This document shows positions 25,424 through 32,000 of a DNA stretch of 32,000 bases, piece after piece. The position numbers and the translations under genes were made by a program. This DNA comes from Nonlabens ponticola. GTDB lineage: Bacteria > Bacteroidota > Bacteroidia > Flavobacteriales > Flavobacteriaceae. The stretch's first letter is position 1; each line of letters starts with the position of its first letter. The stretch is taken from NCBI RefSeq assembly GCF_003966335.1, contig NZ_CP034549.1, positions 2,220,001 to 2,252,000 of the forward strand, given 5' to 3'. The notes below the pieces were generated by a model. It saw nothing but the letters and a program-made list of their open reading frames with translations. It was not told where the DNA came from and searched no databases.

Positions 25424-25444
25424 ATCCTTTATTGATTTGTAAAC

Positions 25445-26467
25445 ATGAAGGCACTTAAGTACATTTTTATACTATTACTTGTATTGATTATCGCTGGCGC
25501 AGTCTATTTTTCGCTCCAAGATGGATCTTATGAGACTGAAAGCAAGCAACTTGTAGAGGCACCTGTAGATCTAGTCTACAGTGAACTGGCAGACTTTTCT
25601 AATTGGGAAAAGTGGTATGAACGGGCTCAAAATGAAGATTACAGCGCGAGTTTGAGTAATCAAACCGCTGGCGTGGATGCCGTCTATACCTATAATAGCG
25701 ATGATGGTAATGGTACCATAACCGTTGAGCGTCTGGATCCCAACAAGAGTATTGAATATGCTATAAATCATGATGGACGCCTAGGCAAACGTGAAGCGAC
25801 CTTGTCGATCGACCTGCAAAAGCAAGAAATAGGAACGCTGGTCACCAGCGCAATAAAGGGTGATCAAGATCTAGGAAGTAAAATTTTCACCACTCTTACA
25901 GGCGCAGATCTAGCCAACAACTGGGAAAACAATATTACCGCTACCGTTGAAAATATGGAGAGCGTTCTCGAGGAAAAAATGAACCTCAAAACCATTAATG
26001 TTGATGGTCTTATACAATATAGCGGTGGCTACTATCTCTATATGTCGTCGAGTTCTACCATGGCAAATTTTTCTAATCTACAGTCGCAAATGACACAGCA
26101 GATACGCAGTTTTATGCAGGCTAATAACATCGATACTTATGGCGCGCCCATGGTTATTTACGAGAAATTTGACGAGCCACGCGAGAATGTCATCTTTAGT
26201 GCTGCTATACCGGTACAAAATCGTATCCTGACCGGTGTGGACAGTAAGATCCTATGTGGTTTTATGGAGCCAGGAAGCGCTGTAAAGGTCACTTTAAAAG
26301 GAAAATATAAGTATCTCGAGGAAGCCTGGAATAAAGCAGAAAACTATATAGTAGTAAATGGACTGGAAAAGTCTGAAGTGCCACCATATGAGGTCTATAA
26401 AACAGATCCCTACAAAACACCTAACCCAGCAAACTACTTGACTGAAATATACATTCCTATAAAGTGA
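25445..26467 (+). CDS. Membrane-anchored protein with an SRPBCC/START-like N-terminal half and a GyrI-like (effector-binding) C-terminal half
   Basis: An N-terminal TM anchor is followed by an SRPBCC-like pattern (V.AP...VY..L.DF.NW.KW). The C-terminal half resembles GyrI-like small-molecule-binding domains (G.P..IY..FD......F.AAIPV......G..........G.A.K....G.Y..L..AW.........G.......PYE.Y..DP.........TEIYIPI). This is a family-level call only. Confidence 0.5.
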   Translation: MKALKYIFILLLVLIIAGAVYFSLQDGSYETESKQLVEAPVDLVYSELADFSNWEKWYERAQNEDYSASLSNQTAGVDAVYTYNSDDGNGTITVERLDPNKSIEYAINHDGRLGKREATLSIDLQKQEIGTLVTSAIKGDQDLGSKIFTTLTGADLANNWENNITATVENMESVLEEKMNLKTINVDGLIQYSGGYYLYMSSSSTMANFSNLQSQMTQQIRSFMQANNIDTYGAPMVIYEKFDEPRENVIFSAAIPVQNRILTGVDSKILCGFMEPGSAVKVTLKGKYKYLEEAWNKAENYIVVNGLEKSEVPPYEVYKTDPYKTPNPANYLTEIYIPIK

Positions 26468-26841
26468 TAGGTAAATTATTGGTATTAGTTTTTGTTGGTG
26501 GTGGTTTAGGTAGCACGTTGAGATATTCGTTTTCGCTATGGCTTAATCAAGATGGTATCAAGTGGATTCCTACAATGCTGGTAAATGTCTTAGGATGTTT
26601 ACTTCTGGGTACGCTCCTAGCCTATTATAATAAAGAACAATTGAGCAGCAGTTGGTACTTATTTGCCGCAGTAGGATTTTGTGGTGGATTGACCACATTT
26701 TCAACTTTTTCTGCAGAATTTTTTCTATTCCTAAAAGACCAAAACTACATCGCCGCAACAGGTTATGTTGCGGCGACAATAGTATTGGGCATCGCGGCCA
26801 TCACAGCCGCTTATGCATTCACAGGTAAACTGATTAATTAG
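26464..26841 (+). CDS. crcB: Fluoride-specific ion channel FluC (CrcB)
   Basis: The GTG start overlaps the upstream TGA (GTGA). CrcB motifs GGGLGSTLRY and GFCGGLTTFSTF are present. The 125-aa protein has 4 TM helices. Confidence 0.85.
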   Translation: MIGKLLVLVFVGGGLGSTLRYSFSLWLNQDGIKWIPTMLVNVLGCLLLGTLLAYYNKEQLSSSWYLFAAVGFCGGLTTFSTFSAEFFLFLKDQNYIAATGYVAATIVLGIAAITAAYAFTGKLIN

Positions 26842-27053
26842 TTTGTAGCAACTTGCGTTTGACGACGCAGTTTGCGAGCCTTTTTGGTTTTTTGCGTCCA
26901 AAAAAGTAATTTACCGAAAAGTAAAATCACTAAAATGTCTGCTGCAACAAGAAAGGTAATCCTTACTGCAGTGCTGCCTGTAAATTCGAAGGTAAAACCT
27001 ACAAGACCAGTGACAACTGTTAAGATAAAAAGGATGAGTATATATTTATTCAT
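26838..27053 (-). CDS. Possible small two-TM membrane protein (71 aa) with a basic C-terminal tail
   Basis: There are two clear hydrophobic helices followed by KTKKARKLRRQ. The 3' end overlaps the crcB stop by 4 nt. There is no homology evidence, so this rests on the ORF and hydropathy only. Confidence 0.4.
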   Translation of the reverse strand: MNKYILILFILTVVTGLVGFTFEFTGSTAVRITFLVAADILVILLFGKLLFWTQKTKKARKLRRQTQVATN

Positions 27054-27135
27054 GAGTTTAATTTTTATGTAAAAATAATTTCTTGAACAGCTGTAAAAAG
27101 TTAACAGTAACGGAATTACCTATAAATTAACTATA

Positions 27136-27870
27136 ATGAGAAAAAGATTGTTAAACATAGTCATCCTCATGATGGCATTGTCATCATGTAGCGAGGAAAA
27201 GAAATCTTTAAATGACATCGCTGACACAAATTTAGGAGCTGATGAAACTTATAGTAATGTCTATAATGTTGGTTTTCTTATCTCTGATGGAGTGTATAAC
27301 ACAGAGCTCACGTCACCTTATGATATATTTCAGCACACGATTTATCGCGATAGCATCAAGCCTATGAATGTTTTTACAGTGGCACAAGTAGATACTGTGG
27401 TCACCACTTTTGAAGGCTTACGCCTGTTGCCTGACTATACTTTTAAAAATGCTCCTGACATCGATATTCTTGTAGTTCCTAGTGCAGAGCATCACCTAGA
27501 TACAGATCTTGAAAACGAAGAACTCATTGCCTTTGTAAAAAGCACTGGAGAAAAAGCCATGTATGTCACCAGTCATTGCGATGTCGCTTTTGTACTTGCG
27601 CAAGCTGGTTTACTCGATGGCAAAGTAAGTACCACATTCCCATCTGATATTGATTTGATGCGTAAGACATTTCCAGACCTTGATGTACGCAAGGATGTGC
27701 TATTTGTTCATGACCACAATGTTATTACCAGTGCTGGTGGCGCACGATCCTTTGAAGCAGCTCTTTACCTTACCGACATGTTATATGGTAAGAAGATAGC
27801 CCAAAGTCTAGCTGGTGGCTTGGTGCTAGATTACGACCTAAGCAATTATCCACATTTGATTGTGGATTGA
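27136..27870 (+). CDS. DJ-1/PfpI-family (class I glutamine amidotransferase-like) lipoprotein
   Basis: The lipobox-like signal is LMMALSSC. The DJ-1/PfpI core is DILVVPS....... and the nucleophile-elbow region is YVTSHCDVAFVLAQAGLLDGKVSTTF, followed by ITSAGG. Confidence 0.75.
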   Translation: MRKRLLNIVILMMALSSCSEEKKSLNDIADTNLGADETYSNVYNVGFLISDGVYNTELTSPYDIFQHTIYRDSIKPMNVFTVAQVDTVVTTFEGLRLLPDYTFKNAPDIDILVVPSAEHHLDTDLENEELIAFVKSTGEKAMYVTSHCDVAFVLAQAGLLDGKVSTTFPSDIDLMRKTFPDLDVRKDVLFVHDHNVITSAGGARSFEAALYLTDMLYGKKIAQSLAGGLVLDYDLSNYPHLIVD

Positions 27871-29019
27871 TTATTTATTAAGTGACTCAACCGCCTTTCT
27901 GTATGAGTCTGGCATCTCGCCAAATTCTTCCATGCCTTGCTCGCTCATTTGATCTTTTACCTGTCGCCAATCTTCCGCAGTTGGTTGTACTGCTTTTTGT
28001 TCTTTTGCGCGTGCTGGCTCATAAGTTAAGTAAGCATAACTAGGAAAATGATCACTACCAAAGTTGACACCAGTGCCTGATTCTTCATGAAAAAATTGCG
28101 GAGCAATCAATATGTGATCCAGCGGCCATCTAAAGAAGAAATACTGTGCATGAAACGTATTGTAAAATCCACGACCTATGCGCAGGTCTAATAACTTAGC
28201 GACCGTTTTAGTTAACTCAGTACTGTCGGACCAGGCCACGTCATTAAAATCTCCCAAAACAATTACAGGTAGCTCTGACTTGTTACTCATGAGTGCCGTT
28301 TTCATAAGCTCTGTATCGCGATCTGTGCTCATATCATTGTGCTGCGGCATGGGTGGCGTTGGGTGAATGGCATATAATTGGAATAAATTACCATTGCGCA
28401 TCTCTACCTGGGCGTGAATAGAAGGTATTTTAGGATCCACCATAAACTGCACGCTGGTGTTAGATAACGGTAGCTTAGAATATACCAGCATTCCATAAGT
28501 ATTATCCTGCGGCTGTTCAACCTTATAAGGATAATCATCACCTATGGCAATTCTAATCTCATTCATCCAGCGGTCATTAGTTTCTGTAAAAACAATTAGA
28601 TCTGGTTGTCGTTCACTAATTTCATCAAACAGCTTTTCGTTTTTCTTATTTGACTGCAACACATTTGCTGTATAAATCTTCAAACGATCTTCATCATTTA
28701 CTTGTGAACTGCTTTCTAGAACTTCAAGACCAACTATAGGTGTATAATCGAGGATCTTGGAACATTGAAAAACAAAACATCCCAGCAACACTGTGATGTA
28801 CAAATAGTCATTAATCCATTTAGGATTAAAAGTGACAAAATACAGGATGATCGCAAGAAGCGTGAATCCTGTCAACTGTAAATGAGGAAAGTCAAAAATG
28901 CGCACCCACCAAAAATCTGCAGCGATAAGTGGCATGAGTGACAATAGCGCTGCGATTAAGCCTACTACTTGAAAAACGATTCTCAATTTCATGAGGATAC
29001 CCTTTAAGAGTGATGCCAT
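27871..29019 (-). CDS. Membrane-anchored endonuclease/exonuclease/phosphatase (EEP) family protein
   Basis: About three N-terminal TM helices precede the EEP motifs (DLIVFTETN, YAIHPTPP, VLGDFNDVAWS, GSDHFP). The start could alternatively be the Met at 28992. Confidence 0.8.
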   Translation of the reverse strand: MASLLKGILMKLRIVFQVVGLIAALLSLMPLIAADFWWVRIFDFPHLQLTGFTLLAIILYFVTFNPKWINDYLYITVLLGCFVFQCSKILDYTPIVGLEVLESSSQVNDEDRLKIYTANVLQSNKKNEKLFDEISERQPDLIVFTETNDRWMNEIRIAIGDDYPYKVEQPQDNTYGMLVYSKLPLSNTSVQFMVDPKIPSIHAQVEMRNGNLFQLYAIHPTPPMPQHNDMSTDRDTELMKTALMSNKSELPVIVLGDFNDVAWSDSTELTKTVAKLLDLRIGRGFYNTFHAQYFFFRWPLDHILIAPQFFHEESGTGVNFGSDHFPSYAYLTYEPARAKEQKAVQPTAEDWRQVKDQMSEQGMEEFGEMPDSYRKAVESLNK

Positions 29020-29058
29020 CTATTTATTATATATGGATGACAATTGAGTGGTTGTAAA

Positions 29059-29559
29059 TCAACCAAAAGCGTCCGGTTCAAAATCTTGATTCCCGATACT
29101 CTTAGGGTTAGGACCCCATTGATTCGTACCGTGCTTGCTGTCCTCTACTAGAAAGATGAGCAAGATAATACCGCCTACAAACGGTATAAAGCTAATTAAA
29201 TAATACCAGGCACTGCGACCCGTATCGTGCAATCTCCTCGCAACAACAGCTAGACTAGGAATTATTGTCGCCAGTGCATACAGCACGATCAAGATGTAGA
29301 CAATAATAGCTGGTGCAGTAGCCTCAGCAGCTGCAAACGCGATGAGAGGTATCGATAAAGCAATGACCACTAAAAAATTGAACAACTGGAAATACCAATA
29401 TTCTGACCGGCGTGCGCGTCCAGAGAAATTGGCATAATTGTTAAAAACCTTCTTGACATAATCCATCATACCTGCTTGCTCACTACTGGAGTCAAACGGC
29501 TCACGATTACGTCGAGAACGATAATTAGAATTGTCAGCGGTTGGGTCAAAATTGCTCAT
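29059..29559 (-). CDS. DUF805-family inner-membrane protein
   Basis: The signature GRARRSEYWYF....... is followed by TM helices and then RRLHDTGRSAWYYL. Confidence 0.8.
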   Translation of the reverse strand: MSNFDPTADNSNYRSRRNREPFDSSSEQAGMMDYVKKVFNNYANFSGRARRSEYWYFQLFNFLVVIALSIPLIAFAAAEATAPAIIVYILIVLYALATIIPSLAVVARRLHDTGRSAWYYLISFIPFVGGIILLIFLVEDSKHGTNQWGPNPKSIGNQDFEPDAFG

Positions 29560-29601
29560 AGTTATATTGGTTGGTAGTGCAATATAATTTTTTCTTGTTA
29601 C

Positions 29602-29615
29602 GCTTTCGCGAAAGC
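29602..29615. repeat. Exact palindrome GCTTTCGCGAAAGC, copy 8 (intergenic, 38 nt 3' of the TamL-like gene stop on the minus strand)
   Basis: Direct read: ttacGCTTTCGCGAAAGCataa. Confidence 0.95.
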
Positions 29616-29652
29616 ATAATAAAAATAACCGTAAACAATAAACACAATTTGA

Positions 29653-31962
29653 TTAGAAAGGATAGCCTATCGCAAAATTGAAGACAGGACTGGTGAAATC
29701 GTTTACCCAACGTTCACCTTCAGGCTCTGATGGATCGTGAAGTGGCGCTGCAAGGTCAAAACGTATTACGAAACCTTGAATATCAACGCGCACGCCAGCA
29801 CCAGCGCCTATTCCCAACTCATTGATAAAGTTGCTTGTGAACTCGCCACCTTCTACACCGTTGCCAGTTGTATTCCACACATTACCAGCATCTGCAAAGA
29901 CGGCGCCCTTGATGTAATTGAAAATCGGGAAACGATATTCTACATTTGCCTCTAGTCTCAAATTACCCGATTGATCAAAAAATGATCGATTATCATCCTG
30001 CGGTGGATCATAGGTTCCAGGACCCAGCGATCTTGTTCTAAAGGCACGAACGCTATAGGCGCCACCTGAGAAATATTGCTTACTGAAGGGCATCACATCG
30101 CTATTGCCATAAGGCTTACCTAATCCCGCAAAAAACCTCGTGGCGATACGGCTATCCTCACTTAATAGATAGTGGTACCTAAAATCGACATCTGCCTTGA
30201 CGTATTGCGCAAACTCTTGACCAAAAATGGCACCGTTACCTTCATCATTTTCAGGTGCGACCAGACTCAAGCTGTTACCAGCCACATCAAGAATGGTATT
30301 GACATAGAACATGCTGCGTCTATCAGTGCGTATCAAACCGTTATAAGTAAATGAATAAATAGAACCTGCGATCAATTGCTGCTCAAAACTGTTGTCAAGA
30401 AATGGGTTGTCCATTCTTATTTGCATGAATTCTTCTGACTCGTTTAAAAGATTGACATAGTTAATCGATATTGGATCGAGCTCGTGCGTGACATATTTAT
30501 TTGCTTGCCATATGTAACCAAAGTTGGTGGTAAAAGTTAATAAACTATATAACTGGCTGCGTGTCAGTAGATCCACCTCAACTCCTATTTTAGTCTTTGG
30601 AACGCTGTAGTCAAAGAAATCTTTATCAAATTTATAAGGGAATAACAGTCGTGGGAAAATGAGATCTGCACCTAAAGCAAACTCTGTACTGGTAAGTCCA
30701 GCCTGGTCGCCACTAGCGATTTGCACCTCATAAGCGGCAGTGGCATTAATATTAAGTACTTCACCGCCTTTAAAAAGATTGCGATTTGAAAAGGTGACGC
30801 CTAGATTGGGGCCTGCAAAGTCATTTGATTTTGTAACGCCTTGCAGCTCTGCACGTATAGAACGTTTTGATAGCGGTGATAGAAATATGTTTGCCTCGAG
30901 AAAATTGAGGCTATCGTTAGCCTCCTCTTTAATCTCATTGTATTCAATATTTACAAATTTGTACGCGCCTATGGTACCCAAACGACGGCTGGTACCTTTT
31001 GATTTTTTGGGACTATATAAATCACCTTCTTCAATGACGATAAATGGATCTAGTCTTTTAGGTTTGAAAAATTCAATATCCTGTATGAAGTTCTTGTCGT
31101 TGTATCTAGTGGTGTCGTGTGCTACAGAATCTGCACCTACAATGTGATGTGGATAAATGTTTACTTTGGATACTTTATACGGCTTCACCGATTTTGAGGG
31201 AACGTCTTTTTTGAGCTTAAGAAATAGATCAAACTTGCGGTTATCGTACTGGTTTGTATCTGCCTGAAAAATTAAAAATCCGGAATTGAAATTATAATAT
31301 CCTTTATTCTTGAGGTTTTGATCAATGCGTTCTCGCTCCAGCTTCATAGCAGATAGATCAAATCGTGAACCTACTTTAATGGGCGATTCCTTAACCTGTG
31401 CTTCCAGCACATCATAAAACGGTATAGAATCTCGATCTACCGTATAGGTTTTCATGGTATAGGGCTGCGGTAGCTGTATATTGTACTTGACGGTAGCTCG
31501 TTGTGCGGCAGTGTCTCGATCGACACCAGATGTAATACCGCTAAAGAAAAAACCGCGATTCTCCAGTCGATTGCGCAATATATCTCGAGTGCCTTCTTCC
31601 TCTACTTGAGAAAGGTAAACCGGTTCCTCGCCTATTTTGCGTTCTAAAAATCTAGAGATAAATCCAGCGCTGTCTTTCTTGACCTTATAATGATAGTATA
31701 AGCCTGGCTGTAGCCCCAAGATTTTTGAATTCGGCTCTGGGTTAAGGACTTTTTGTAGTTCTGCCTTGAGAGCTTTTACATCTTTTACAGTGGCCGCACT
31801 ATCCACATTTACCTCAATTTTGTAAGCGTCTAGTAGCAATTCATCCTCAGGAATATACTTCTGCACATTGCAGGAGGTAAAGAACATAGCAGCAACTACT
31901 ATTGCTAGTACACTTCTAGAAATGGACATCATGTTTATACGTGAATTTATTATGCGTCTCAT
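29653..31962 (-). CDS. BamA/TamA-family outer-membrane protein, probably the Bacteroidota lipoprotein form (TamL-like)
   Basis: The protein is 769 aa. The N-terminal signal has a lipobox-like AAMFFTSC. The C-terminal Omp85/D15 barrel has G.G.G.R.D..G...RFD.A and ends in an aromatic residue (FAIGYPF). Confidence 0.8.
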   Translation of the reverse strand: MRRIINSRINMMSISRSVLAIVVAAMFFTSCNVQKYIPEDELLLDAYKIEVNVDSAATVKDVKALKAELQKVLNPEPNSKILGLQPGLYYHYKVKKDSAGFISRFLERKIGEEPVYLSQVEEEGTRDILRNRLENRGFFFSGITSGVDRDTAAQRATVKYNIQLPQPYTMKTYTVDRDSIPFYDVLEAQVKESPIKVGSRFDLSAMKLERERIDQNLKNKGYYNFNSGFLIFQADTNQYDNRKFDLFLKLKKDVPSKSVKPYKVSKVNIYPHHIVGADSVAHDTTRYNDKNFIQDIEFFKPKRLDPFIVIEEGDLYSPKKSKGTSRRLGTIGAYKFVNIEYNEIKEEANDSLNFLEANIFLSPLSKRSIRAELQGVTKSNDFAGPNLGVTFSNRNLFKGGEVLNINATAAYEVQIASGDQAGLTSTEFALGADLIFPRLLFPYKFDKDFFDYSVPKTKIGVEVDLLTRSQLYSLLTFTTNFGYIWQANKYVTHELDPISINYVNLLNESEEFMQIRMDNPFLDNSFEQQLIAGSIYSFTYNGLIRTDRRSMFYVNTILDVAGNSLSLVAPENDEGNGAIFGQEFAQYVKADVDFRYHYLLSEDSRIATRFFAGLGKPYGNSDVMPFSKQYFSGGAYSVRAFRTRSLGPGTYDPPQDDNRSFFDQSGNLRLEANVEYRFPIFNYIKGAVFADAGNVWNTTGNGVEGGEFTSNFINELGIGAGAGVRVDIQGFVIRFDLAAPLHDPSEPEGERWVNDFTSPVFNFAIGYPF

Positions 31963-32000
31963 CTACTGCTTTTCTGGTTGTGAAGAATCGTCATTATTTT
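31959..32000 (-). CDS. 3' end of an upstream minus-strand gene (13 codons visible), stop overlapping the TamL-like start
   Basis: The reverse strand reads K I M T I L H N Q K S S R stop, in frame to the window edge. Its TGA (31959-31961) overlaps the ATG (31960-31962) in an ATGA arrangement. The visible stretch is too short to identify. Confidence 0.3.
   Translation of the reverse strand, partial: KIMTILHNQKSSR

Noticed and set aside
25095-25444. A possible fluoride riboswitch upstream of the operon containing crcB.
   Set aside because: By eye I could not find the conserved GGnGAUGG / AACCGCC / CUGAUGAnnCCUAC blocks on the + strand. The hairpins present have unrelated sequences. A covariance-model scan is still needed to exclude it formally.
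1-32000. CRISPR arrays, prophage, IS or integrative elements, tRNA or rRNA genes, and toxin-antitoxin or known defence-system gene sets.
   Set aside because: The repeats found are dispersed single palindromes and hairpins, not regularly spaced arrays. No translation shows transposase, integrase, recombinase, Cas, restriction, reverse-transcriptase or phage structural motifs. No cloverleaf-type or rRNA-like sequence was seen in the spacers.

Overview
This window is a gene-dense, apparently core chromosomal segment of a Bacteroidota genome, most likely a Flavobacteriaceae-type one. The supporting signs are a T9SS type-B C-terminal sorting domain protein, a TamL-like lipoprotein, a TPR/HisKA_3 sensor kinase and TAnnTTTG -7 promoter boxes. 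I support about 31 CDS. They include a partial RluA-type pseudouridine synthase, a MarR-YceI pair, MiaE, heme A synthase, and a triad of a pRiA4b-ORF3-like protein, an NdpA-like protein and an orphan. They also include an ABC-2 exporter pair next to a 1088-aa T9SS surface protein, a MarR-fadN-fadA-fadE beta-oxidation operon, MscS and an M28 peptidase. The remainder are a small ORF coupled to a TPR-kinase/LuxR two-component pair, an SRPBCC/GyrI-like protein coupled to CrcB, and DJ-1/PfpI, EEP, DUF805 and TamL-like genes. I found no rRNA, tRNA, CRISPR array, transposase, integrase or recognisable defence island, and I cannot honestly name a complete novel multi-gene system here. The most unusual signal is at the DNA level. 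An exact 14-bp palindrome, GCTTTCGCGAAAGC, occurs 8 times: 5 copies sit just 3' of genes and 3 sit inside CDSs in two different reading frames. A second hairpin repeat family occurs as inverted pairs bracketing a two-gene block. Secondary leads are a 352-aa orphan with kinase/ATP-grasp-like motifs, operator-like modules shared by the MarR and YceI promoters, a structured 350-nt ORF-free spacer, and a crcB gene coupled to a ligand-binding-type protein with no fluoride riboswitch. All product calls come from reading motifs in the supplied translations; no database search was run.
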